A stretch of DNA of 64,000 bases from Octopus vulgaris (taxonomy: Eukaryota), in assembly GCA_951406725.2 (NCBI GenBank), contig OX597823.1:47058001-47122000 (forward strand). The letters run 5' to 3'. Below the pieces are notes generated by a model. That model was not told the origin of the DNA, did no database searches, and saw only the letters and a program-made list of their open reading frames with translations. Both the position numbers and the translations under genes were made by a program. Shown piece by piece: positions 14,318-27,434 of this stretch; positions within the stretch are counted from its first letter, which is position 1; every line of letters starts with the position of its first letter.

Positions 14318-14696
14318 CATACATACATACATACATACATACACACACCCACACACATACATACATATATACATACATACATACATACACACATGCACAC
14401 ATACATACATACATACATACATACACACACATACATACATACATACATACATACAAACATACATACATACATACATACACACATACATACATACATACAC
14501 ACAGTGCATAATCACAGGCATATTCAGAGAATGTTCTGGAAATATCTGAGACACAGCCTTACCCAGTACACAACCTTTTCTGTGAGCTAAATTTATTTCC
14601 TGTGGTAATTTTCCCAGTTCTTTCTTTCAGTTGCTTTACGGTTGATGTCATATCTTAAAGACAAGTGTGCATGTACAACTTCAATTTGTCTCTATA

Positions 14697-14731
<35 letters not shown>

Positions 14732-15378
14732 TTACATCTCTTTCTCTCTTTCATTTCCTCTGTCTATATCTTTTTCTCTGTCTCTGTCTCTGTCTCTGAC
14801 TATCTCTCTTTCTCTCTTTCTTTTTATTTTAGATGTCTTACTGCTTTGCATTGGTGGACAGTTGACCCTCTGAACTGATGTCTGAATCATAAATTAATGG
14901 ACGTTAATGATAGGAGTCGGCTGACGTGAGACTGATATGAAATATAACAACATGAAAGCCGTGACCGTTATGATTTAATCGTTGGAAGTATTGCAAAAGA
15001 TACCTGATCAGGAGACAGTATGGTAAATCTGGACAAATTTAAAATTTAGATTGAAATAAAGTTCACCAGATCTCTATCCATTTTTCTGCTGTTAATTTAT
15101 TCATCCGTCATTCATCCGTTACGCATTCCTCTCCTAAATACGCAAATATATACATAGATATATGCATACATTACATATATGCATATACAAACTTTTATAA
15201 AATATATACATACGCATACTGACATGCTCGCACACATATTAATATGTGTGTGTATGTGTGCCTGTATACATACATATATACATACTTATGACTGTATTTG
15301 TCGCTGTATATATCCACATATATATGTATATACATTCATATATATACGTATATATATAAATATATAAATATATGTGTG

Positions 15379-15410
<32 letters not shown>

Positions 15411-15456
15411 AATATATAAATATATATATATATATGTATGTATGTATGTATATATG

Positions 15457-15491
<35 letters not shown>

Positions 15492-15730
15492 ATACTTATG
15501 TAGTTACCTTTTGACATAAAAACACTATATATGCGTAGTAGAGATAATTACAGATTTGAAGCCACTGTATGCCTGAAACTATATATATGTGTGTATATGT
15601 GAAGGTATGTCTGAAAGTACATACATATGAATGATTTTGCTTCTTGACTGGAAATTAAGAGTTTAGTATGACCGACTTCCAACTCCGTGGCAAAGGTGTA
15701 AAGAAGATGATCAAAGAACAAATGCATACA

Positions 15731-15817
<87 letters not shown>

Positions 15818-16164
15818 ATGTTCAGTTATAATAAAAGCAGGTTTACATTAACTTAAAGGGTTGCTCCATATTTTTGTAGAGTACAACTTTATTATTCTTT
15901 GACAATAATAGCTGTGACTTCGAAGCTTCGGCCAACTAAGTCTTCGTCGGACTGTGTTGCATTAAGTTATTCTTGGCTTTGTACAGGTTCTGTTGAGATG
16001 AAATTACTCTGCTGCTTGGGGGTGGGGGGTCAGTTGAATGATAATTTGAATTGTAGGGTGAGTTTTGATGGAGATGTGCTGTTGAGAATTTTTCATAGGT
16101 TAAATTTAGTATTTTATGTTTTTGCAAATAAATGTGTATTTTTAAGAGTCAGTTTAAAAACACA

Positions 16165-16228
<64 letters not shown>

Positions 16229-16619
16229 CACACGTGATCCCATAAATGGAAAATTCGATCGTCACTAAATGTGACTAAGGGTGCCAAGACACTTATATTA
16301 CTAGAAATAAGGGTTAAGATACTCTTAATATTGTAGGAAGCGAGCAAATGTATACACACATGCTGACAGGGGTTGTAACCACCCTATCATCGACTCGAGA
16401 ATCATTCAGGCTAAACATTTAGTTTCGCCTATGATGTATGTGTGTGTGTGTGTGTGTGTGGAGAAGGTTGAAAAGAAACACACGAGTTGATATGTATAAA
16501 ATAAAAGTAAGTTAAGGTATAAAATGCTAAAGTAATTTTATCATAAAAACATTCTAGTACCGGTTAAAATTATTTTAGTATTTTCTACCTTGACTCTTTT
16601 CCTTATAAATATATATATC

Positions 16620-16765
16620 TACATAGTTAATCCAAACATGAAAACACAAAGAGAAAACACAGCAACGCGAGGACGTGAAACAAGTAAAGTGTTATTGGAC
16701 GCTCAGGAAAGGAAAGAAAGAAGGAGGATTTAACGTTTCGAGCGGAGCTCTTCGTCAGAAACATG
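16620..16765 (-). mobile_element. Penelope pLTR fragment next to (TA)n
   Basis: Shares TTCCTGAGCG..AATA with the 37973 family and carries an HHR at its 5' edge. Confidence 0.7.
16729..16761 (-). ncRNA. Minimal type-I hammerhead ribozyme, canonical core
   Basis: UUU-CUGACGA-A-GAGC-UCC-GCUC-GAAA-CG-UU-AAA: intact CUGANGA/GAAA, 4-bp stem II, palindromic ACGU stem III, weak stem I. Confidence 0.8.
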
Positions 16766-17420
16766 TTGGTCATTCTCCCATTTCATAGTCAGCCTCGACA
16801 GACTTCAGCTATGTCCCTTCCTATAATCTTGGGATATTTTTGTGTTTCTTAAATTATGTTCCATCTGATGATTACGGTCTTTTGAAATGAAGTGATGTTC
16901 TCATTCTTCTATTACAAAATGCGTTAGAAACAGCTGTAATAAGCTGACAATTATCCATCGTATGTTATTATTCATTTGATTATAATACACCAAGGAGAAA
17001 TTACAACTTGTCGGACACCCTAGAGTATACCAACAACGTACAATTCAATGTAACGCGTGCTTTGGGACAGCTTCTAGGCGCGACATACTCATAGAGTTGG
17101 TTTTCTCTGTTTGATACTTATCAATCATAGGCTGGAACCAGAGATTTATCCAACCCTACCTGGTACATGTCCTTTCCCTCTGAATCCTTATTTTACCATG
17201 TATGTGTGTGTGTGTGCGTGTGTGTGTGTGTGCGTGTTTTTGTGTGTGCGTGTGTGTTTATTTCCCATCCACTTGACAATCAGCGATGGCTCGTTTACGC
17301 ACCTGTAACTTAGAGGTTCGGCCAAAGAGACCGATAGAATAAGTATCTGACTTTAATCATTATTATGGATCAATTTGTTTGTGTGTGCGTGCGTGTGTGT
17401 GCGTGTGCGTGTGTGTGTGT

Positions 17421-17501
<81 letters not shown>

Positions 17502-17514
17502 TCAAATTTACAGA

Positions 17515-17665
17515 AAAGCAAAAGACGAAGTCAGGTGTAGGAGCAATAAACAAGTGTATTGGTTTGACGCTCGGGAAAAAAATGGATAAGTTTCTTACGT
17601 TTCGAGCCTACGCTTTTCGGCAGAAAGGAATAAGACGAAATAAACAGAGAGAGAATGAAAAACGT
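17515..17665 (-). mobile_element. Penelope pLTR fragment with degenerate HHR (17592-17627)
   Basis: rc CTTTCTGCCGAAAAGCGTAGGCTCGAAACGTAAGAAA; same family as 37973 and 59986. Confidence 0.75.
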
Positions 17666-18059
17666 ACGGGCGCAACCATTCACACTTTAAATTTTAAGGA
17701 AATTCATGCAAACATTTATGTCCCTGAAATTATGACTTTCTTTCGCATATGAATTATGTAGCTAAGTTTATTCTTCCAAGAAACCAAAAATTCCAAGCGG
17801 TTAAACACATATCCTTGCGTTCCAATAATAATGGGTGTCAAACTAAAAATGTATTTTGAATATATTGTTTGACGACTCCTAACCATTGGTCCATAGACGT
17901 CTTCTTTCTCTCGTATTTTTCACGGATGTTAATCAGTCACTTGACTTCCACAACCAAGCATGTTTTTATTTTATTGTCCAAATACCAATGAAGCCAGCTG
18001 GAATTGAATTTCGTTGTGCTTGTTATTCTGAATATTCTACAAACATTTATTCTAAACAA

Positions 18060-18460
18060 ACGCAGGCGAAGGAGTGGCTGTGTGGTAAGTAGCTTGCTTA
18101 CCAACCATATGGTTCCGGGTTCATTCCCACTGCGTGGCACCTTGGTCTTCTACTATAGCCTCGGGCCGACTAAAGCCTTGTGAGTGGATTTGGCAGACAG
18201 AAACTGAAAGAAGCCTGTCGTATATATGTATATGTGTGTGTATGTATGTGTGTGTATATCTTTGTGTGTCTGTGTCCTCCCAACATTGCTTGACAACCGA
18301 TGGTGGTGTGTTTATGTCCCCGTAACTTAGTGGTTCGGCAAAAGAGACCGATAGAATAAGTACTAGGCTTACAAAGAATAAGTCCTGGGGTCTATTTGCT
18401 CGACTAAAAGCGATACTCCAGCATGGCCGCAGTCAAATGACTGAAACTAATAAAAGAGTA
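18060..18460 (+). mobile_element. Family B SINE
   Basis: Near full-length match to 54111-54505. Confidence 0.9.
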
Positions 18461-18471
18461 AACGACCTGAT

Positions 18472-19392
18472 ATCTTTTATCTGTTAGTTGTTTCAGCTAT
18501 TAGACTGCGGCCATACTGGGATACCGCACTGAAGAATTTTTTTTTTTTTTTGAAACCTGGTATTTATTCTGTCGGTCTTTCGCCGAACCGCTAAGTTACG
18601 GGCACGTAAATACACCATCACCAGAATCTTTTCTGTTTGGTTGTACCTCTAGAAAATTTAAAGTGTAGTGAAATTTTTTAATTTGGTGTATTGATGCAAT
18701 TTTCCACGCTGAATCTCAGGGACTAATACACCTTTCCCAGAAAATTTTTGGAAAAATCTTACAGAGGTTTAACGCTTGATCATTTTCACCCAGTCAGAAA
18801 ACAGGAGTTGGAAGATATCATTTTGTAAGTGACTGCACGTGTTGTCAACTGTAAACAAATGAACACTTCATACCTCATGTGTTTTAAGCATTTAATAAGC
18901 GAAAAATAACCATGCGGGTAAGCAGCTTGGTAACAGCTTTGGTTTGTTACTATGGAAACAAGCAATTATATGTCTATGGCTTTCGACTGGCTAAAATTAA
19001 CCAAAATTTTAAATACTATTAACCATTTATTTATTGATTTATGGCGAAAATGAATTTCATCTCAATGATAGGCTTACAAAACTACATCATTACACCAAAT
19101 ATGAAATCAGTTGGAACAAAAATTGAAAAAAACTGAAAAGTGGAGCTAAACAGAAAAGATCCCATCACCGGTTTTCAAGCGGTGGTGGGGGACACAGACA
19201 CAGAAACGCACACACACACACGTGTATTTATGTACGACAGCAGTATTTCAGTTTCTGTCTAAAAACTACTCACAAGGCTTCGGTCGGCCCGAATTTACAG
19301 CAGAAGACACTTGTCCAAGATGCCACGTAAGTGAGACTGAATCCGAAACTATGTGACCGGGAAGCAAGCTTCTTACCAAACAGCCACGCCAG
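18472..19392 (-). mobile_element. Family B SINE split by a MITE
   Basis: rc SINE sequence is continuous across the 18623-19163 insertion. Confidence 0.8.
18623..19163. mobile_element. MITE with TIR RGRATCTTTTCTGTTTRG and a 6-8 bp TSD
   Basis: Left AGAATCTTTTCTGTTTGG; right CTAAACAGAAAAGATCCC; (CC)ATCACC duplicated on both sides. Confidence 0.85.
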
Positions 19393-20384
19393 TATCTTTA
19401 TTTATTATTTCTTTCCATTCTGACTCTATTCCAGATTGCCTCATGAATATTTAGTATCTCGAGGATATTTTCTCAAAGTGTGAAGTGATGTAACCAAGGT
19501 TTATAGTTTTTTTTTTTCCTTTTATTTATCCTACATTCGTTGTCAACTGATTCCTTGCACCTTTTGTATAGAAGGTAATTGATGAAAGCTTCTTGTTTCT
19601 GGATTGCATGGAATCAATTTCAAGGTGCAAAGTTATAAACTTTATGACTGCTTTATGACTGACTGTTAGTATTGCTTATTCTCTCTGTTGTCTTATTTTC
19701 ACTTTAAGTGTGAACGTACCACCTTGTCAGTCTCTTTTTATTTTGTATTTTCTAATTTTCTTTAAGAAGAAATTTGTGACAATTTCATATCCCCCCCTCT
19801 CTCTCTCTCATATAAAGTTTTAACGATATTTGTATTTTTATCTTTGCAAATTTGAACTAGATACTTACTGAGCTATTTTTTCCAACCGGTGACATCACGC
19901 CTCTATGTCATATACTGACTAATAAATCTGGTTCTCATCAGATACTAATACCAACAACCGTTGTGACTGATTGACATCCGTGACAAATTCAGAAGAAAGA
20001 AATCTTCTATGGACCAATGGTTAGGAATCGTCAAACAAAATACTCAAAACATATTTTTAGTTTGACACCCAATATTATTGGAACGCAAGGATATATGCCT
20101 AACCGCTTGGAATTTGGTTTCTTGGAAAAATAAACTTAGTCACGTAATTCATACGCGAAAGAAAGTTACGATATCAGGGACAATAAAAGTTTGTAAGAAT
20201 TTCCTTATACTTAAAGTGTGAATGGCTGCGCATAAAACCGCTTTTCCATCCGTTCTGGTTCAGACACAGCTGACAACGCAAAGCAATGGAATCGCAAACA
20301 TCAGGAAACAATTCGTTTGGTATTTGTGAGAATTCTCGTTCTTGCTAAAAATAAGACTCCTTATCTTCAAAGTCTTCTCTAATG

Positions 20385-20955
20385 TTTGGCATGACGGATT
20401 TGCAGCAAGTTCAAGAAAAATGGGACCAGTTACACATCGTGCCAGGTACCACTTGCAATACTGCCCTCTTTGGTCTGGATCATCGCCATTAATAGCATGG
20501 ACTAATCTTGAAATGTAACTTTTTCCATTGATAATGCTTCAAAATGCGTTGGACAGACGATTTTGAAATACCTACCTCATGACTCGCTAGTTGCAGATTT
20601 TCTTGGACATTGGTGATACGTTTCCAGCACTCCTTCTTGTTTTCTTCTTGTTTTCTGGCGGGGTCTTCCGGAACGCTTCTCGTGAACATTCTGAACAGTT
20701 CCATCGGCTTCAAACTTATCTCTAATTCGAGGGATGGTAAATCGCATTGGTGGATCTGTTTGAAACTCCATCCTTAACTGTCTTTGCACTTCAACTGCGT
20801 TTTCACACTTCCAGTAGCATTTTAGAAGGAATTTCCTTTGTTCAAAGCTTACTCTGACTGCCATCATTAATTCCAGTGGGTTTCATCTGGAAAGAAAAAA
20901 CATCAATTGAGTTATCAGCTGCTAAATTGCATATACATTTTTGGGGGACACCCTG
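20385..20955 (-). mobile_element. Tc1/mariner 5' fragment (DUF4817-type HTH; possibly the DD41D/rosa group)
   Basis: Terminus TA|CAGGGTGTCCCCCAAAAATGTATA. ORF 20577-20867 reads MAVRVSFEQRKFLLKCYWKCENAVEVQRQ...IRDKFEADGTVQNVHEKRSGRPR. Confidence 0.88.
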
Positions 20956-20994
<39 letters not shown>

Positions 20995-21329
20995 GCACAT
21001 ACAGATATATATTTATACATGTATACGGCTCAGCAGATATTAATACCAACAGCCGTGGTTTTAAATCTAAACCACGGCTGTTGGTGATATCTTCCAGACT
21101 AGTATGGCATAATTTATATTTTCTTTTACAGTGTGCAGTTTTAGAGGTATCAATTATCTCCCTTGTTAATATGATATTTAATAGATAACTCCTATTTCTG
21201 GGTAGCAAACGTGTAGCCGTTCACCAAGGATGTTATGTATTTACTGCAGGTCAAGGAGAGGATAGTGTTCCTCTTAATGCTGGTATTCTCCAACTTGCAG
21301 GATATGTAACTGTGCTTAACTAGTCTGAG

Positions 21330-21660
21330 TATTTCTCTTCTAGCTCTCTTTTTTGAGTAAGTCCAACTACTCTCGTTTCACGTGAACCAGCTGTAGACAC
21401 AAAATACTTATTCAGGAATTTTTCACTTAATCTCATGGTGCTATCATGTATACACTCAACAGCTGTTGAGTGTACATGTGGTGTACTCCTTTCTCTTTTA
21501 ACTGTTCTGTAAATGTTGAAGTGATACGATGTTGCACCAAAAGGCAATCTGGACTGAATGTTTATACCTTTGCCACGGTTCGCTTCAACTAATATACATC
21601 CTGCCAATGCTAATTTTGATACGGAAGTTACTGAGAGATTTATATCATTCTAGTACTGAT
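21330..21660 (-). pseudogene. Possible very old RTE-like RT fragment
   Basis: Frameshifted LKEKGV-PHVHSTAVECIHDST resembles the LREKGVP..Y..I..MY RT segment. Weak. Confidence 0.3.
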
Positions 21661-21907
21661 ATTTAAATTAGGGATTTCTTCAAGTGTTCAAGCTTGCATC
21701 ATAAATGTTGGTGCCTATCATTGGTCCTGTGATAGCATTGCGGAATATAGTTTTAGTGGCCACAGACAGCTCTGATTTCCATATAAGACTATGAACACAC
21801 CATCATCCACACACCTATGTGCATGTGAAATTGTGTGTCTGTGAAGGCTAGCAATGAACAACACATCATAAATGTCTAAACGGTCAAATAGATACAGTAT
21901 TGCCTAT

Positions 21908-21972
<65 letters not shown>

Positions 21973-21975
<3 letters not shown>

Positions 21976-23190
21976 GAAATTTGCAGAAAAACAAAAGGCG
22001 AATACAAATGTATGAACAACAAACAGGTGTATTAGTTTTACCCTCGGGAAAGTGAGATGGTATTTTACACTTCGAGCCTACACTCTTCAACAGAAAGGAA
22101 TAAGAGAAAATTAACAGACAGGGAATTAAAAAAAAACTTGTGAATCTAGCGGTGAAACATGGCGACTGGTTGGGGGGAAAAAGATGCGACAGGAGAGGAA
22201 GAAAAAGAGAGGAGATAATAAAGTACAGGTGATCTCAAAATGAAAGTGCGTGTTTATATGCGAGAATGTGTGTGTGTGTGTGTGTGCATAAGGGCTAGTG
22301 ATTTGGGCGAGTGGATGTGAGTGTGTGTGTGCGTCTGTAATGTGTAGGTGTGTGGATGATGGTGTGTGGGTGTGCGGGTGATGGTGTGTGGGTGTGCAGA
22401 TGATGGTGTGTAGTGTGGGTGCTGGGAAGTGGTCAGTGGTAGTGTGTAGGTGGTGTGGGGGATGTGCAGTAGGTTGGGGATGTGTGGTCGGTGGGGATAT
22501 GGGGTGAGGATATAGGATGAGGATGAGGTGGAGGTCTGGGGACTTGGGGTCGGGTAAGGAGGAGTAGAGTGTGTGGCGCGAGTGCAAGAAGTATCAATGG
22601 AGAAGGTGGATATCAATGAAGAGAGGCAGTAGGTTCCACATGAAGAGAGGAGAGGATGGGAGTCAGGTGAAGAAAGGAGGAAAGTTGAGTCCTTCTGGCA
22701 CAAGGGAGCGAAGAGAGAAGATTAATTCCTGTTCACGGCGAAGGCGGTAGTCCGGATGGTCCCAGTGCAAAGACAATCCGAACACATACAGGTGTTGTAG
22801 TGAATGACTGGTAGAGCGGAAATGGCGCGAGACCGGGGAGTCTCGGAGGTGCTCCGCAAACCGGTCATCCAACCGGCGTCCCGTTTGACCGATGTACAAA
22901 GAAGAGCAGAAAGAACTGTAGATGCAGTAAATCACGTTGGTAGATGTGCAAGTAAAGGAGTTCGTGATATGATGATGGGTGCCTGTGAGGATGGTGATGT
23001 TGTAGGAATAGGGGCATGTGCAACAGCGTGGGCGGGAGCTGAGGAACGAGACAGGTTGGGTGGTGGGTTTAGGGAAGAAACTGTGGACCAGGAGGTCACG
23101 CAGGTTGTGGGCTTCTTTGAAAGAGGGAAGTAGTAGGTTGGGGAAGAGTTGCGAGGTAGAGGGGTCGGACTGGAGCAGCCGAAAGGCTCG
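21973..23190 (-). mobile_element. Penelope-like element 3' part: GIY-YIG endonuclease, C-rich 3' region, pLTR
   Basis: ORF 22663-22935 IYCIYSSFCSSLYIGQTGRRLDDRFAEHLRD...RREQELIFSLRSLVPEGLN is GIY-YIG. Degenerate HHR at 22063-22097. Ends in (TA)n. Confidence 0.92.
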
Positions 23191-23254
23191 CAGAATATAT
23201 ATATATCAATGTATGAGTGTATGCCGGTGTGTTTGTAGTGGATGGAGGTAGTGA

Positions 23255-23903
23255 GAACAGAGTCGTTTCACCCTTCCCCCTCTCTCTTCATTGTCACCCT
23301 CCCTCGTAACCCAACCCCTACACAATCCAACCCCACCTTCCCTATCCGTCCCATCCCCGGCCCATCCCCTACACCCATCCCACATACCCCACCATTGCTT
23401 TCCCCATTCTCGCCTCCCCCACATCCTAACACAACTACAGCACACCACACACCACCACATCACACACCACCACACCACACTACACCACATCACATCACAC
23501 CACCACGCACACACTAGCACTGACCACTTCCCAGCCCCACACCATTAACCACACACCTACACATACACACGCACATGTCAAGGTCTCCAACCCTCTTACA
23601 CATGCACATACATGCTCTCTTATACACACGCACATGCATCTTCATAAAGTAGTGGGATCACCTCTACTTTATTATCTCCCATTCCTCCTAGCCCTCCTGT
23701 GTGTCCCTTCTGTCCGGCATTTGCCATGATAGATCGCTAGCATTCTTTATTTTCTCTCCTTGTTTCTTTCTGTGTTCCTTTCTGTGGAAGAGCGTAGGCT
23801 CGAAACGTTACAGACTTTTTCACTTCCCGAGCGTTAAATTAATACATCTGTTTGTTTCTACACCACCTGTCGTCGTCTTCTGTTTTATAGTGAATTCTGC
23901 CGT
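23255..23903 (+). mobile_element. Penelope 3' region/pLTR of a related subfamily, opposite orientation
   Basis: Shares CTGACCACTTCCCAGC and GATCACCTSTACTTTATTATCTCC with the rc of 22126-22600. HHR variant CTGTGGA-A-GAGC-GTAG-GCTC-GAAA-CGTT at 23778-23813. Ends in (TA)n. Confidence 0.85.
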
Positions 23904-24590
23904 ATATATATATATATATATGTACATATATACGTATGTGATAAGAACCATCTACTACGTCTTTATCTATGGCCTCGGGCCGACCGAAACCTTGTGAGTG
24001 GATTTGGTAGGCGGAACTGAAAGAAGTCGCTCGTATATTATACGTGTGTATATTCAGATACAAAAACACACACACATAGATATATACATACATTCATACA
24101 TACATACATGCATACATACATACATACATACATACATACATACATACATACATACATACATACATACAAATACATATGTATATATACATATTGATAGAGA
24201 GACAGAGAGAGACAGAGAGAGAGAGACAGAGAGAGAGAGACAGAGAGAGATGGAGAGAGAGATTTGGTCGTGTGTACATAAACACTTACATAGAGATAGA
24301 GAAGGAATACAAATAAATGTTCGACATGGCAAATAGATGGATGGATATGTTCCTCTCAGGAACATGTGTATCGATCTGAATTATCAAACATAATTCTGCT
24401 AAACAAGAAATGATTTGCATACAGCTTGGAAAATCACGGAATGTATAAAACAAGTCTCCGACAAAACACAATAACTCTTTCATCCTGCCCGCCCTCTCTC
24501 TTTCTCTCTCATTTTCTTTCACTCTTTTTGTACGCGAATGCGTGCGTGCGTTCATGCATGCGTACGTGCGTGCATGGGTGTCTGCATGTT

Positions 24591-24807
24591 CGAAGGGGTG
24601 CTGAAAAGTTTTGGCTTTAAGGGTGTCACGAAAGGCCAAGCTGGAGGCCCAACTTTTTGAGTTCTGTTACAAGGCTTAGAAAAGGTGAAGTAGCGCTGCA
24701 ATATATGTGTGAATCTGAAAGGGAATAATGTTGAATTAAATCATAATTCACTGATCCTCCGGTATTTTCAATTACCCAAAGCCAGGTAGCTTTCAACCAC
24801 CCGTTCG
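24591..24807 (+). mobile_element. Mariner-derived MITE (second copy at about 62222-62445)
   Basis: TIRs CGAAGGGGTGCTGAAAAG / CTTTCAACCACCCGTTCG-TA. Internal RCNICVNLKG..VE resembles a mariner C-terminus. Confidence 0.75.
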
Positions 24808-24840
24808 TATGTATGTGTGTGGTTATGCGTATGTGTTGAA

Positions 24841-25441
24841 GGTGGCGAGCTGGTTGAAACGTTAGCACGCCGGGCGAAATGCGTAGCCGTATTTCGTCTG
24901 CCGCTACGTTCTGAGTTCAAATTCCGCCGAAGTCGGCTTTGCCTGTCATCCTTTCGGGGTCGATAAATTAAGTACCAGTTACGCACTGAGGTCGATATAA
25001 TCGACTTAATCCGTCTAGCTGTCCTTGTTTGTCTCCTCTGTGTTTAGCCCCTTGTGGATAGTAAAGAAATAGGTATTTCGTCTGCCGCCACGTTCTGAGT
25101 TCAAATTCCGCCGAAGTCGGCTTTGCCTGTCATCCTTTCGGGTTCGATAAATTAAGTACCAATTACGCAGTGAGGTCGATATAATCGACTTAATCCGTCT
25201 ATCTGTCCTTCTTTGTCTCCTCTGTGTTTAGCCCCTTGTGGGTAGTAAAGAAATAGGTATTTCTTCTGCCGCTACGGTCTGAGTTCAAATTCCACCGAAG
25301 TCGGCTTTGCCTTTCATCCTTTCGGGGTCGATAAATCAAGTACCAGTTACGCACTGAGGTCTATGTAATCGACTTGATCCGTTTGTCTGTCCTTCTTTGT
25401 CCTCTCTGTGTTTAGCCCCTTGTGGATAATAAAGAAATAGG
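24841..25441 (+). mobile_element. Family A SINE with its 184-bp body repeated three times head-to-tail
   Basis: Units start at 24890, 25074 and 25258 (period 184). Only the first is preceded by the A-box head. Confidence 0.93.
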
Positions 25442-25969
25442 TTATGCGTCTGCGTATGTGGGTCTACGTGCGTGTGTGTGTGCCTATGTGTGATAAGGAG
25501 AGGAAGTATTTTCATGTTTTGATGTTCTTTTGGATTTGGATACGTAGATAACATAAGTGGAGTTCATATTCTGGATGCGTGTTTTTTGAGATGTAGATGA
25601 GATTTGGTTGACGTCATAACCAGTGTTAACATTTGCACAGAAATGAATGAAGCAGCCAATCTCAGAATATGTGTGACAGGTCAGCGTATCAATAAAGAGA
25701 ATGGTAAGTATGTCAAGTGGGATGGTGTATATACAGCTGGATGTTGTAAAAGAAGTCCACCTTTGGACATGGTGGAATCGCTGTTATTAATCAAAACTGG
25801 GTCGATGAAACAGCCAGTCGGTTAGGTACTAGTTAGTAAATGATGGGACGTGAAATTTGGTCCCAGACATGGCTTTATATTAATGCAGTTTACAATTCGT
25901 TTCAGGGTGTATGTATTGTGTGTGTTCGGTACCTTGACGTACCGGAAGTACTTCCACTTAGAGTTACCA

Positions 25970-26110
25970 CGCAATTTCTAAAGAGCTAGCAGCTGTTCTG
26001 TGTTGAAGTACTTCCTGGTTTCATAGCAAACCCAACCTTTGTTATAGTGTTTCGGCTCTCTGGAGAATGTGGGTCTCCATGAGAGGTTCTCCAGCAATTA
26101 TTAGACTTAT
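25970..26110 (-). pseudogene. Old Jockey/CR1-group LINE ORF2 fragment (post-RT region)
   Basis: Frameshifted ENLSWRP-HILQRAE...QRLGLL*-TRKYFNTEQLLAL*K matches the NLSWxxHI...LGxL.R.YF.PEQLL.LYK pattern. Confidence 0.6.
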
Positions 26111-26300
26111 GAGTGGGTGAGAGATGTAGATATGTAGACGTGGTAATTTAAGTGTTCATGAGGTATCAAGTGTTTCTAGGACAGCTATGAACTTTGTAAA
26201 CCGTTCGAATCCCCTAGTAAGGTTCACATATGTTCGTTGCTTCTTATTCATAATGATTGCATGTATAGAAGGATAGTTAGTTAGATAAATACATAGATAG

Positions 26301-26355
<55 letters not shown>

Positions 26356-26371
26356 TAGATAGATAGATAGA

Positions 26372-26776
26372 TACTCTTTTACTTGTTTCAGTCATTTGAC
26401 TGTGGCCATGCCGGAGCACCGCCTTTAGTCGAGCAAATCGACCCCAGGACTTTTTCTTTGTAAGCCTAGTACTTATTCTATCGGTTAATTTTTGCCGAGC
26501 CGCTAAGTTACAGGAACGTAAACACACCAGCATCGATTGTCAAGCGATTTTGGGGGGACAAACACAGACAATCAAACACATACACACACATACATACACA
26601 CATACATATATATATATACAACGGACTTGTTTCAGTTACCGTCTGCCAAATCCACTCACACGGCTTTGATCGGCCTGAAGCTATAGTAGAAGACACTTGC
26701 CGAAAGTGCCACGCAGTGGGACTGAATCGGAAACCATGTGATTGGGAAGCAAACTTCTTACCATACAGCCACGCCT
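26372..26776 (-). mobile_element. Family B SINE
   Basis: Full-length rc match to 54111-54505. Confidence 0.9.
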
Positions 26777-27224
26777 GGACTTATATATATATATATATGG
26801 TGAATCATCCGTTATGGGAGGAAGGACGTTGAATACAGTTGCATTTTCATAAGTTAGAAGTATTTGCTAGGGTGGGATGCACGCACACAAAAACAGGGAT
26901 ACACACACGCATGCGCGCACGCACGTACGCACACACACACACACACACGTGTGTGTGTGTTCGCGAATATATTGATAATATCTTTTATGAACTTAAAATT
27001 TATAAGTGATCACCGTTTATTGACTAAGCAAAGTAATCTAATATTGGGGCATATAAACCTTCGACGGAAAAAAGTGTAGGGGAAGCGGCTGACCTCCCCT
27101 GTTCGAAGGGTTATAATGGATACAGGTTCGTGTGTCATATAGCTAGCTAGAGGTGATGGCCTCTTGGACCTAATGAACGGCAGCTTTCGTCCTATATTTA
27201 TGGACTGCTATATTAGCTTGGCGG

Positions 27225-27317
<93 letters not shown>

Positions 27318-27391
27318 CTAAGAGAGTTAGAGGTTGTGAATCCAACCAACTAAGGGATAATATCTATCCAATATATATATATATGTGTGTT

Positions 27392-27434
<43 letters not shown>

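Larger units (their letters stand above)
17668..20232. mobile_element. Non-autonomous DNA transposon with ~270-bp TIRs (MULE/foldback-like), carrying nested insertions
   Basis: 17668-17940 is a diverged reverse complement of about 19963-20232 (GCGCARCCATTCACACTTTAA...CCTAACCATTGGTCCATAGA...CACGGATGTYAATCAGTCAC). The TSD is not cleanly recoverable. Confidence 0.85.

Noticed and set aside
24890-25441. CRISPR-like or satellite array
   Set aside because: There are no unique spacers; the units are complete SINE bodies.
27181-27220. rc GTCC-loop-GGACGAAA stem II
   Set aside because: No CUGANGA upstream (CTAATATAGCA).
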